From NCBI GenBank assembly GCA_963727525.1, contig CAVSGO010000005.1, positions 608,001 through 672,000 on the forward strand: a DNA stretch of 64,000 nucleotides. The letters run 5' to 3'. Every line of letters starts with the position of its first letter. Positions within the stretch are counted from its first letter, which is position 1. The notes under the pieces are model-generated. The model was not told where the DNA came from, did not search any database, and worked only from the letters and a program-made list of their open reading frames with translations. Made by a program: the position numbers and the translations under genes. The stretch is from an uncultured bacterium. Lineage in GTDB: Bacteria; Krumholzibacteriota; Krumholzibacteriia; LZORAL124-64-63. Positions 9,734-19,306 of this stretch are shown here, in pieces.

Positions 9734-9772
9734 TCAGGCCCCGGGTTTCGCGCCCCGGGGCCTGATTCTTTC
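9734..9772. terminator. Intrinsic terminator between ompA and tyrS
   Basis: TCAGGCCCCGGG / CCCGGGGCCTGA 12-bp inverted repeat followed by TTCTTTT. Confidence 0.8.
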
Positions 9773-9794
9773 CGCAACCGTGGTGCCGGCGCTC

Positions 9795-11096
9795 TCACCC
9801 CACCAGCAAATGATGGTGCTTCTTCTTGCCGACCTGCAGGGCGATGCGCCCGTTGTCCACGTCGACCGCGGTGAGCGCGTGCAGCTCGCCCTCGATGACG
9901 ACGCCGTTCACCTTCACGCCCTTCTGCTGGATGAGCCGGCGCGCCTCGCCCTTGCTCTTCGCCAGGCCGCACTCGGCCAGGATCTCGATGACGGGCAGAC
10001 CATCGCCCTCGAGACGCGCGGCGTCGAGAGCGCTCGACGGCACGGAGGACTCGTCGCCGCCACCGCCAAAGAGGGCGCGCGCGGCGGTCTCGGCCTTCGC
10101 GGCCTCCTCCTCGCCATGCACGAGGGTGGTGACGGCGTGGGCGAGCGCGCGCTTGGCCTCGCGGATGTCGGCACCATCGAGCTTCTCGAGCGCCTCGATC
10201 TCGTCGCGCGGTAGCAACGTGTAGAGGCGCAGGAAGCGGGCGACGTCGCGATCGTCGACGTTGATCCAGTACTGGTAGAAGTCGTACGGACTGGTGCGCT
10301 CGGGCGAGAGCCACACCGCGCCGGCCGCGGTCTTGCCCATCTTCTCGCCGGTGGCGGTGGAGAGCAGCGGGAAGGTGAGGCCGTACACCTCCACCTGGTT
10401 GATGCGCCGGCACAGGTCCACGCCCGACACGATGTTTCCCCACTGGTCGCTGCCGCCCATCTGCAGGCGGCAGCCGTGGTCGCGGTTGAGCACATAGAAA
10501 TCGTAGGCCTGGAAGATCATGTAGTTGAACTCGAGGAACGACAGGCCCGTCTCCATGCGCAGCTTCACCGAGTCGCGCGTGAGCATCTGGTTCACGGAGA
10601 AGTGCCGGCCGACGTGGCGCAGGAACTCCACGTAGTTGAGGTCGCGCAGCCAGTCGGCATTGTTGACGAGCAGGCCGGTGTTGCCACGGGTGGCCTTGAT
10701 CACGGGGCCGTGCGGCAGGTCGCTCAGGGCGGGATCGCCGAAGTCGAGGAAACGCGCAAGCTGTCCCCGGATGCCCACCAGGTTCTCGCCGATGCGGTCC
10801 TCGGTGAGGAGCTGGCGCATCTCCGTCTTGCCGCTGGGATCACCCACCAGCGCGGTGCCGCCGCCGGCGATGGCGATGGGCCGGTGGCCGTGGCGCTGCA
10901 GGTGCACCAGGCCCATGATCGGCAACAGGCTGCCGGCGTGCAGGCTGTCGGCCGTGGGGTCGAAGCCGATGTAGCCGGTGACGGTGTCGCCCTCGAGCAG
11001 GGTGTCGAGGCCGGTCTCGTCGGTGCATTGCTGGTAGAAGCCTCGCCAGCGCATCTCCTGCAGGAAGGTCTCGTGAGGCGGCGTGTGGGTGGACAT
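9795..11096 (-). CDS. tyrS: Tyrosine--tRNA ligase
   Basis: YIGFDPTADSLHAG, GDPSGK, QMGGSDQWGNI, KMGKT and C-terminal S4 domain; start at MSTHTPP (the ORF-track extension overlaps the MATE gene). Confidence 0.97.
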   Translation of the reverse strand: MSTHTPPHETFLQEMRWRGFYQQCTDETGLDTLLEGDTVTGYIGFDPTADSLHAGSLLPIMGLVHLQRHGHRPIAIAGGGTALVGDPSGKTEMRQLLTEDRIGENLVGIRGQLARFLDFGDPALSDLPHGPVIKATRGNTGLLVNNADWLRDLNYVEFLRHVGRHFSVNQMLTRDSVKLRMETGLSFLEFNYMIFQAYDFYVLNRDHGCRLQMGGSDQWGNIVSGVDLCRRINQVEVYGLTFPLLSTATGEKMGKTAAGAVWLSPERTSPYDFYQYWINVDDRDVARFLRLYTLLPRDEIEALEKLDGADIREAKRALAHAVTTLVHGEEEAAKAETAARALFGGGGDESSVPSSALDAARLEGDGLPVIEILAECGLAKSKGEARRLIQQKGVKVNGVVIEGELHALTAVDVDNGRIALQVGKKKHHHLLVG

Positions 11097-11255
11097 GAGC
11101 ACTCCCGGGTGTGTTTCGCGGATTCCTCGCGCGTGCGCGTGCCCGGTAGGATAGGACCGCCGACGCCGCGGGTAAAGTCCCGGCCGGCGGTTTCGCTGGC
11201 GCGACATGGTGGTCGCCGCGATCTTGGGAGGCTTCACCCCACCGAGCGGACCGAC

Positions 11256-12716
11256 ATGACCACCGGCACCACCGAGCGACCGGCCGCCCTGCCCTACCCC
11301 CTGCTCGAGCCCACGCCGGGCGCGAGCCCGTTGACGCACCTGCAAGTGCGGCAGGGGCGGCAGGTGCTGCGTCTGGCCTGGCCCACGGTGCTGGCCATGA
11401 TCTCGCACACCCTGATGTGGACCGTGGACACCATCCTGCTCGGCCACGTGAGCACCGCGGCCCTGGGCGCGGCGGGTCTGGGCGGCATGATCACCTGGAC
11501 CGGCTACTCCCTGGTGAACAACCAGAGCCGCATCACGGGCACGTTCGTGTCGCAGGCCTTCGGGCGCGACGACCACGCGGCCATCGGCGACTACACCTGG
11601 CAGGGCCTGTACGTGGCGCTGGTGGGCGGCTTCCTGCTGCAGCTCGCGGGCTACTTCTCGTATCTCGCGCTGCCGCTCACGCACAATCCGCCCGAGGTGC
11701 TGGACCTCGCGTACGTGTACATCAAGTGGCGCAGCGCGAGTGCCGTGTTCACGCAGGTGAGCTTCTGCCTGTCGGGCTTCTTCCAGGGTCGCCAGCGGGT
11801 GATGACGCCGATGTGGTCGGGCCTCGCGGGCAACGTCGTCAACGTCGTTCTCGACGTTTGGCTCATCTTCGGGTGGCAGGGATTCGAGCTGGCGGGACGG
11901 CGCTGGCTCGCCGTGGCCCCCATGGGCATCGAGGGCGCGGCCATCGCCACGGCCATCGGCGTCCTCGTGTCCGCGCTCGTGCTGATCGTGGCCGCGGTGA
12001 CGCCGGCCGAGTATCGCCACCGCTATCACATCGCGCGGCCGCGCCGGCCCGACCTGTCGCGGATCGCGCGCATTCTACGCGTGGGCACGCCGGCGGCGGT
12101 GGAGAATTTCACAGACATGAGCGCCTTCATGATGTTCACGGTGATCGTGGGCACCACGGGCACCGTCGCCCTGGCCACCAATCAGATCTCCGTGCAGCTC
12201 CTGAGCTTCAGCTTCATGCCCGTGTGGGGCCTCACCATCGCGGGCTCGGTGGTCACCGGCAACTGGATCGGGGCCGACCGTCCCGACCAGGCCGCCGCCT
12301 ATGCGCGCCAGGTTTACAAGGTGGGCATCTACTACCTGCTGACCCTGGCCACACTCCTGGTCACACTCGGGCCCTTGCTCTTCCGCGTCTTCTCGGACGA
12401 CCCGCGCGTCGTCGCCTTCGGCGGTGTGATCGTTCCGATCCTCGCCGCCTTCCAGATCGGCGACGGCCTGCGCATGATCTCGATCGGGGTCCTCCAGGGC
12501 GCCGGCGACACCCGCTTCCCGATGCTGGCGAGCATGGTGGTGCTGTGGCTCGGCTTCGTGCCGCTGACGTGGTATACCGTGGCCCACCGCGGCGGCGACA
12601 TCACGGCCGCATGGACCATGGGCACCATGGTCTACGCGGTGCAGGCGCTGGTGATGTACAGCCGGTTCCGCTCGGGGGCGTGGCAGCGGGCGCGGATCTT
12701 CGGGCGCGCGGCGTGA
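11256..12716 (+). CDS. MATE family efflux transporter
   Basis: LAWP, VDT..LGH, MGIEGAAIAT and GAGDTRFP motifs; about 12 hydrophobic segments; GGAGG upstream. Confidence 0.92.
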   Translation: MTTGTTERPAALPYPLLEPTPGASPLTHLQVRQGRQVLRLAWPTVLAMISHTLMWTVDTILLGHVSTAALGAAGLGGMITWTGYSLVNNQSRITGTFVSQAFGRDDHAAIGDYTWQGLYVALVGGFLLQLAGYFSYLALPLTHNPPEVLDLAYVYIKWRSASAVFTQVSFCLSGFFQGRQRVMTPMWSGLAGNVVNVVLDVWLIFGWQGFELAGRRWLAVAPMGIEGAAIATAIGVLVSALVLIVAAVTPAEYRHRYHIARPRRPDLSRIARILRVGTPAAVENFTDMSAFMMFTVIVGTTGTVALATNQISVQLLSFSFMPVWGLTIAGSVVTGNWIGADRPDQAAAYARQVYKVGIYYLLTLATLLVTLGPLLFRVFSDDPRVVAFGGVIVPILAAFQIGDGLRMISIGVLQGAGDTRFPMLASMVVLWLGFVPLTWYTVAHRGGDITAAWTMGTMVYAVQALVMYSRFRSGAWQRARIFGRAA

Positions 12717-12820
12717 CGACGCCCCTGCTTCAACCGGACACATCGAACACCGCGAATCGCTCTGCCGCAGCTTGCCGGCGCCGCGCGAACGGAGCCTAGG
12801 AGCCGGGCGAGCGCCTTCGC

Positions 12821-14275
12821 TCAGTGCCCGCCCTTGCCATGCGGGATCGCGTTGCGGATCCGCAGCGCAAGAATCAACCCGACCACCGCCAGCGGCACCA
12901 TCGCCAGCGGCCATGGGCGCCAGTTCGCGGGATTCGTGGCGGGCCCGATGATGTGCCCTGCCTCGTCCAGCATCTCCTTGGGGAGGATGCCCGCATACGT
13001 GAACGACATCGCGGCGGTGCCGAGGTAGACGAAGCCGTCGATCAGGCCCACGGCGACGCCGGCGTTCTTGCTGCCGCCGAAATCCATGCTCGCCGTGCCC
13101 GAGAGCATGCCGTGCACGCCGATCACGGCCATCGACATGATGATGACCAGCCAGCCGACGAGGGGGGTCTGGTAGGCGAAGATCAGGATCACGGCGCCGG
13201 CGAGCATGACGCCGTACAGGAGCGCGGCCACCGGGCCGCGGCGGGACTGGAAGACATGGTCGCTGATCACTCCCGCGGTCAGGCCGCCGAGGATGCCGGC
13301 GCAGCACAGGAAGAGACCCCAGTGCTCGTAGACAGCGCTGCTCTTGAGGCCCAGCACGGCGTCGGTCTGCTTGGCGAAGGTCTTGAACCACTGCATGATG
13401 GCCTGGCGCAGGAAGCCGCTGCAGAACTCGATCACGGCGACCGTCATGATGATGGGGTTGCGCAGCATCTTGCCGAAGACCTGCACCGCGCCGAGCTGCG
13501 GGCCGGTGTCGCCGCTGGTGGCGTCGGCGGTGTCGAAGTCGGCGAGGCCGGCGAGGCTGGGCCTGTCGCGGACGATGAAGAGGTCGAGCAGCCAGAAGAT
13601 CCCCAGCAGCGCGGCGGGCACGAAGAAGACCCAGATCAGGCCGAAGTACTTCAGGATGGCGGCGCCCCAGTCGTAGGCGAAGTACACGCCGAGGGAGATC
13701 AGGATGCCGAAGATGGCGCCGAACACGCCGCGTTCGCGCACGTGGAACCAGGCCGAGTTCACCTTGACGATGGCCACGGCGCCGAAGCTCTGGAAATACA
13801 TGTTGAGGCCGTAGAGAATGGCGAAGATGGGCACGAAGTGCTTGAAGAACAGCGCGTGGCCAGGTCCCTGCACGAGCAGCGTCCAGGTGATCAGGCCCAT
13901 GGCGATGTTGGCGATGGCGGCGCCGCCGGCGCCCATGAGGATGGAAAAACGGCCGCCGAAGCGGTCGGTCAGTGGCCCGTTGATCACGAACGACACGCCG
14001 TAGATGATCGTGCCCACGCCGAAGATCACGCCGAAGGCCTCGTTGCCCATCATCGACCCGCCGCCACTGCCGGCGAGGTTCTCGAAGGCCGCTTTGCTCA
14101 CCGTCAGGTTGTAGCGGCCCATGTAGAGGAACGCGTAGGTCAGGCCCAGCGGGAGCCAGTTCATCACGCGGCGGCGCCGGAACGCGTCGCTGTGGCCAAG
14201 CTCGATCTTCGGCAGCCGCCACAGCACGAGGGCCACGACCCCGAGCAGGATCAGCAGGTAGAGCACGTTGGACAC
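12821..14275 (-). CDS. MFS transporter (GlpT/UhpC-like organophosphate family)
   Basis: YMGRYN, GPLTDRFGGR, WFHVRERG, ISDHVF..RR and GLIDGFVYLG motifs; GAGGAG RBS before GTG. Confidence 0.88.
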   Translation of the reverse strand: MSNVLYLLILLGVVALVLWRLPKIELGHSDAFRRRRVMNWLPLGLTYAFLYMGRYNLTVSKAAFENLAGSGGGSMMGNEAFGVIFGVGTIIYGVSFVINGPLTDRFGGRFSILMGAGGAAIANIAMGLITWTLLVQGPGHALFFKHFVPIFAILYGLNMYFQSFGAVAIVKVNSAWFHVRERGVFGAIFGILISLGVYFAYDWGAAILKYFGLIWVFFVPAALLGIFWLLDLFIVRDRPSLAGLADFDTADATSGDTGPQLGAVQVFGKMLRNPIIMTVAVIEFCSGFLRQAIMQWFKTFAKQTDAVLGLKSSAVYEHWGLFLCCAGILGGLTAGVISDHVFQSRRGPVAALLYGVMLAGAVILIFAYQTPLVGWLVIIMSMAVIGVHGMLSGTASMDFGGSKNAGVAVGLIDGFVYLGTAAMSFTYAGILPKEMLDEAGHIIGPATNPANWRPWPLAMVPLAVVGLILALRIRNAIPHGKGGH

Positions 14276-14289
14276 GGGTCGCTCCTCGG

Positions 14290-16650
14290 TCAGGGCGTGG
14301 GCGCGGCCGGCGCGGTTTCCGTCGCGTCGATCGCCACCTCGGTTCTCTTGATGACCACCAGCGTGATGTCGTCGCCGGCGGGGGCGCCGGCCAGGTGGTT
14401 CTGGACGGCGGTGAGGATGGCCTCACGGATGGTGAAGGCCGGCTGGGTGTGAACGGCCTGGACGATGGCGAGCAAGCCCTCCTCGCCGAACATCTCGCCG
14501 AATTCAGCGTCGTCGTCCCCCAGGGCCATGCCGGGACTGGGCGCCTCCGCCTCGGTGATGCCATCGGTGTACAGCACGAGCACATCGCCCGGCGCGAGGT
14601 CGATCGATACCTCCGGATAGTCGATATGCGGCATCATGCCCAGGAGCAGGCCGCCCTCCTCCAGCCACTGCGACGTGCCGTCGGCCCGCACCAGCAGGGC
14701 GGGATTGTGGCCCGCGTTCGCGCAGGTGAAATGGCCGCTCGCCGTATCGAGCACGCCGTAGAAGAAGCTGGCGAACATATGCGTGTCGGTGGACAGCACG
14801 AGCAGGTCGTTGATGCGCTCCACCACCTCGTCCACGCTGGCCGGATGGATGACCTGGCCCTGCAGACTCGCCTGCAGGTTGGCCATGAGCAGCGCTGCCG
14901 GCATGCCCTTGCCCGACACGTCGCCGATGGCCACGCCCAGACTGCCGTCGCCGCGGGCGAGGAAGTCGAAGTAGTCGCCGCCCACCTGGCGGCTGGGGAT
15001 GCTCTTGCCCGTGACCTCGAAGCCTGCCAGCAGCGGCTCCTGAGCGGGCAGCAGGCGCGTCTGGATCTCGCGCGCCGTCTCCATCTCCTGCTGCAGGCGC
15101 TGGCGCGCGAGGGCATGCTCGCGCCCCTCCTTCACGGCCTCCGTCATCTCGTTGAAGCTGTCGGCGAGGTCGCCCAGCTCGTCCTCGTTGGGCACCTCGA
15201 TCAGGGCGTCGAGATCGCCCGTCGCGAGGCGCCGCGTGCCACGGTGCAACTCGCGCACCGCGCCGAGGATTCCGCCGGTGATGCGCAGACCGAAGATGAG
15301 GGCAAAGACCTCGATCGCCAGCAGCAGGAAGGCGACGAAGCCGAGCCCGAACATGATGGCCTTGTTGAACTCGTTGCGGCCGCCCACGAACTCGTCCTTG
15401 AGATCCGCGAGGCTGGTCGACAGCGTCAGCAGCACGTTGTCGTCTCCCACGCGAGCGCCGTCGAACGTGAGTACGGTGAGGATGGACCCGCCGAAGTACA
15501 GCGGACGGTGCCAGAGGTCGGCTCCGGACGCGCGCGGGCGGTAGGTGCCGTGCAAGCCGGAGCCGAGGTCGACCGTGTTCTCCCCGGCAGCGACGGTGAT
15601 CCTGTTCTTCTTCGTCTTGTCCTGCTTGGTCTCGTCCTTCTTGGTCTCGTCGCGGTCGGCCGCCACGGGGCTGGAGTCGGTACCGTGCAAGGCGACATCG
15701 GCACGCAGGACGCGGGCCAGCTCATCGAGGGCCGGCTTACCGAGCCGCGCGCCGTCGAGTCGGGCGCCGCCGGGACCGGCGTCGTGCAATCGTACGAGCC
15801 AGATGGCGCCGTCCGCATCGAGGAGGCAGGTGGAGTCGGCGGTCGCGGCGCCGCCGGGTCGCAGGTGGCGCAGCCCGGTCACGAGGTCATGCGTCCACTG
15901 GGGAGCGTCAACGCCGCCGAGTTCCTCCTCCCACACGAAACGATCGGCGGTCGGCACGCTCGTCAGCTCGCCGCGCCGGGCGAATTCCTGCACCCAGGAC
16001 GCCACGATGTCGCCGCCACGATTGGCGCGACTCCCCCCGAGCGTTGCCCAGGCAGCCAGGAGGCCGAAGACGAGGAGGATCAGCAGGGGCACGATGCCGA
16101 TAAGCACGCCGGCGATCGCCAGCTTGGGCCGCAGGCGCAGGAAGTGCAGGCGCATGCGGATCATGAGGTGCAGCAGGCTCTGGATCCAGAAGGCGACGAG
16201 CATCCAGCGCACGGCCTGCGCGAACTGGTAGGTCCGCCCGTCTCCCGGGTGCGGGCTCAGCACGAGCAGCAGCAGAAGCACCACCCAGGCGAGGGCGAAG
16301 GCCAGCGCGCGGTGTCGGCTCGCGAGCCGGCGGTGCGCGCCCACGCCGCGCAAGAGAACGAGACCGGCGAGGATGGCGCCCGCGATGAGGCCGCCCCGGG
16401 CGAATGCCGTGGCGGCATACACCACCCCCGCGATGATGACCACCACCAGCGCCGCGCGGCGACGGTGCAGACCCAGCCATGCGTAACGCATCGACACCAG
16501 GAGCGCGGCGGCCCAGGGCACGACTGCGAGCTTCGCCAGCAGGGGCGTGCTGGCCCCGAGGCTGGCGGCCGTGGCGCCCACGGTGAGCGCCATGGCCACG
16601 AGCAGCGTGCGCCACGCCGCAGCCGAGGTGGGATCGGGCAGCGATTTCAA
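14290..16650 (-). CDS. Membrane HAMP-domain PP2C/SpoIIE (RsbU-like) phosphatase
   Basis: Multiple TM helices; HAMP DELGDLADSFNEM; VGGDYFD, GDVSGKG, NAGH, YTDGITEA and DDIT motifs; TTG start overlapping the upstream TGA is inferred. Confidence 0.9.
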   Translation of the reverse strand: MKSLPDPTSAAAWRTLLVAMALTVGATAASLGASTPLLAKLAVVPWAAALLVSMRYAWLGLHRRRAALVVVIIAGVVYAATAFARGGLIAGAILAGLVLLRGVGAHRRLASRHRALAFALAWVVLLLLLVLSPHPGDGRTYQFAQAVRWMLVAFWIQSLLHLMIRMRLHFLRLRPKLAIAGVLIGIVPLLILLVFGLLAAWATLGGSRANRGGDIVASWVQEFARRGELTSVPTADRFVWEEELGGVDAPQWTHDLVTGLRHLRPGGAATADSTCLLDADGAIWLVRLHDAGPGGARLDGARLGKPALDELARVLRADVALHGTDSSPVAADRDETKKDETKQDKTKKNRITVAAGENTVDLGSGLHGTYRPRASGADLWHRPLYFGGSILTVLTFDGARVGDDNVLLTLSTSLADLKDEFVGGRNEFNKAIMFGLGFVAFLLLAIEVFALIFGLRITGGILGAVRELHRGTRRLATGDLDALIEVPNEDELGDLADSFNEMTEAVKEGREHALARQRLQQEMETAREIQTRLLPAQEPLLAGFEVTGKSIPSRQVGGDYFDFLARGDGSLGVAIGDVSGKGMPAALLMANLQASLQGQVIHPASVDEVVERINDLLVLSTDTHMFASFFYGVLDTASGHFTCANAGHNPALLVRADGTSQWLEEGGLLLGMMPHIDYPEVSIDLAPGDVLVLYTDGITEAEAPSPGMALGDDDAEFGEMFGEEGLLAIVQAVHTQPAFTIREAILTAVQNHLAGAPAGDDITLVVIKRTEVAIDATETAPAAPTP

Positions 16651-17336
16651 CGGATACCGTGGTCCTTCTTGTACTCGGCCCAGTGGCTCTTCAGGTGAAC
16701 GAATGCCGCGAAATCGTCGCACAAGAGAAACGGATTGTGAAGCCGTTCGTGACCGATCGTCGATGTGGCCATGGCGCCTTCGCCGCCGTAATAGTCGTGG
16801 CCGGGGAATACCCGCACGTTGTCGGGCAGTGCGAGCAGGCGGTGGAGCGATTCCCACTCCTTCTCGGCCGACGACCCGGGGAAGTACGAGCCGGTGCCGC
16901 CGACCTTGCCGCAGAACAGCAGATCGCCAGTGACGAGGATGTCCTCGCAAAGGAAACAGAAGTGGTCGGCGGTGTGACCGGGCGTGCTCAGCGCCTCGAC
17001 CCGCAGGGCGCCAACGGCCAGCACGTCGCCGTCGACGAGGCTGAGCGCGCCGGACACGCGCTCGCCGGCACCGGCATGGACCCTGGCATCGGTGAAATCG
17101 ACCAGCCTCGCCACGCCGCCCACGTGATCGCCATGGCCATGGGTGAGCAGGATGCGGGTGACGTTGAGCCCGCGCTTGCCGCACACCCGCGCCAGGGTGT
17201 CGGGATCGTGGCCGGGGTCGAAGACCGCTGCCTCGTGGCTTGCCGGATCGGCGAGCACGTAGCAGAAGTTGCGGTCGCCACCGAGATGGAGCTGCAGGAA
17301 GGTGGCGGCGGCGGTCGAGTGATCGTGCAAGATCAT
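16647..17336 (-). CDS. MBL-fold metallo-hydrolase (glyoxalase II/ETHE1-like)
   Basis: THGHGDH, TPGHT, TGDLLF, PGHDY and STIGHE...NPF motifs. Confidence 0.92.
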   Translation of the reverse strand: MILHDHSTAAATFLQLHLGGDRNFCYVLADPASHEAAVFDPGHDPDTLARVCGKRGLNVTRILLTHGHGDHVGGVARLVDFTDARVHAGAGERVSGALSLVDGDVLAVGALRVEALSTPGHTADHFCFLCEDILVTGDLLFCGKVGGTGSYFPGSSAEKEWESLHRLLALPDNVRVFPGHDYYGGEGAMATSTIGHERLHNPFLLCDDFAAFVHLKSHWAEYKKDHGIR

Positions 17337-17356
17337 GCATCACCTCGCGATCGGGG

Positions 17357-18403
17357 TCACATGCCGTCCCAGAATCTTACGGAGAGGCTCACCCAGCTAT
17401 CATGGCCACTGGCGCGGAAAGGGTCGGGATCGCCGGGAAAATCCCAGGTGTCGGCGCGCGACGTCTGCCAGCTCACGCCGATGTCGAGGAATCGCGGGCG
17501 TTCACTGTGGCGGCGCTGCAGCAACAGCCCGGCGCGCAGAGCGTAGCCCCAGTCCTGTTGCTCGACCACGATGCCGTCGGTCACCTGGCCCGTGCGCGGA
17601 TCGACGAAGAGCCCGCCCCACACCAGCGACCGGATGTAATAGCCGCCGTCGACCTCGGCATAGAAGCTGGCGCGCTTGCTCACGCGCTGGCGTCCCAGCA
17701 TGCCCATGGCGAAGCTGAAGGTATTGCTGCGGCCGTCACCGTAGAGCGATTCGAAATCGCCATTGATGTTCCCGAAACCCGCCGTGAAGTTCAGCATGGC
17801 CGCCGCGTGCTCGAGGAACGGGTAGCCGAACCCCACGCCGATCATGCCCATGGGCGTGAAGAATTTGTCGAAATCGCTGGCGTTCTTGCGCACGCCGGCC
17901 TCGAGCAGGGCCATCCATCGCCCCCGCATTGCGGGGAACCCGGCCGGCACCTTCGGTGCCGGAGCCCGCAGCGCCAGCGTGGCGAGCGGCACCTCCGGCC
18001 AGGTGCGACCCTCCGGCGGTGGCGACGGGATGCCGGGGGCCGACGGCGGCGGCGTGCCGGCCAGGATGGCCGCGGCCCGCGCGCGCAGATCCTGCCACTG
18101 TGCCCACGAGAGGAAACGCTGGCGTTCGCGGCGCACGCCGTGCTCATCGAGCACGAGCTTCGCCATCACGCCGCCCCACCGGGCGTAGTGGAATGACGCC
18201 TGCAACACGGAGTCGGGTTCGTCAGGAAAAAGGCCCAGCCGCGTGATGGTGGCCGCGTCGAGCACCACCGGCAGCCCCGGGGCGAGCGTCACCGTCTGGG
18301 TGGCCGGCGGTGGTGGTGCAGCCGTCCCCGCACCCGGAGCGACCGCGAGGATGAACAGGCACCCTGCAAGGACGCCGGCACGGGCTGAGGGCGGGTTCTT
18401 CAT
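17357..18403 (-). CDS. Secreted hypothetical protein with probable C-terminal beta-barrel
   Basis: Signal-peptide-like N-terminus; Pro-rich linker; amphipathic beta strands ending VSLSVRFWDGM; start uncertain. Confidence 0.6.
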   Translation of the reverse strand: MKNPPSARAGVLAGCLFILAVAPGAGTAAPPPPATQTVTLAPGLPVVLDAATITRLGLFPDEPDSVLQASFHYARWGGVMAKLVLDEHGVRRERQRFLSWAQWQDLRARAAAILAGTPPPSAPGIPSPPPEGRTWPEVPLATLALRAPAPKVPAGFPAMRGRWMALLEAGVRKNASDFDKFFTPMGMIGVGFGYPFLEHAAAMLNFTAGFGNINGDFESLYGDGRSNTFSFAMGMLGRQRVSKRASFYAEVDGGYYIRSLVWGGLFVDPRTGQVTDGIVVEQQDWGYALRAGLLLQRRHSERPRFLDIGVSWQTSRADTWDFPGDPDPFRASGHDSWVSLSVRFWDGM

Positions 18404-18536
18404 GCCCGTCATGATAGAAGCGTCTCGCCCGGGTTTCCAGCCCTGGTCTCGCGCCCGCCGGTCTTGCCACCCGTCGACGCGGCGGTTACCCTGCGCGTGC
18501 ACACCGCCGACGCCCGAGGCCCGATCAGGAGTCGTC

Positions 18537-19169
18537 ATGAGCGAAGCGCTACCTCCCCTGCCGGCGAGTCATGAGCTCGTCGCCATCTTCGATCACGTGG
18601 TCGGTCGCTGGCACGACCGCGAGAGCGCCATCGACGACTGGTCCGGCGCGCAGCGCGAGTGTCCCGAGCCTGCCGGCGAGGCTGCGGCGCTGGTCCAACG
18701 GTTGATTCTCATCAACACCTTCCAGTGGCACGAGGAGGATCGCAGTCGCGATCTCGGGGCCGATGACCACGTGCTCGCCGCCGTGAAGCGCTCGATCGAC
18801 GCCTCGAACCGGCGGCGCGTGCAGACCATCGACGACCTCGACGCCTGGTACGTCGCCGCCCTGGGCGACCGACAGAGCGCCAACGCGCCGGTGCCGAGCG
18901 AGACGGTGGGCAGCATCGTCGACCGCCTGTCGATCCTCGCGCTCAAGCGCTACCACGTCCAGGAAGCCTGCGACGCCGCGGCCGCTGGCGACCGGAATGC
19001 CATGCGCACGCGCTTGACGGTGCTCGACGAGCAGTACGGCGACCTCGCCGCCTGCTACGACCGCATCCAGGCCGATGTCCTGGCCGGCCGCCTGCGCCTG
19101 AAGCGGTACCGCCAGGTGAAGGTGTATCGCGATGCCGCCACGGGGCACCTGCGCGCCGACATCTCCTGA
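18537..19169 (+). CDS. DUF4254-like protein
   Basis: QWHEED, IDASNRRR and SETVGSIVDRLSILALK.YH pattern; AGGAG RBS. Confidence 0.75.
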   Translation: MSEALPPLPASHELVAIFDHVVGRWHDRESAIDDWSGAQRECPEPAGEAAALVQRLILINTFQWHEEDRSRDLGADDHVLAAVKRSIDASNRRRVQTIDDLDAWYVAALGDRQSANAPVPSETVGSIVDRLSILALKRYHVQEACDAAAAGDRNAMRTRLTVLDEQYGDLAACYDRIQADVLAGRLRLKRYRQVKVYRDAATGHLRADIS

Positions 19170-19306
19170 TTCACGTCCGGTAACTGGCATTCCCGCCGGA
19201 TTGTCATAATCTAGAGTTAATTGGTGATTTTTTCGTGTCACGGCCCGGCCGCGGCGGCGTACTGCTGGTGTGTGACGACCAGGCACCATCCACGAGGAGT
19301 GATCCG

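Noticed and set aside
14290-17343. 1017-aa fusion ORF for the PP2C phosphatase
   Set aside because: The first ~230 codons overlap the real MBL hydrolase in another frame and read as Arg-rich nonsense; the real start is near 16650
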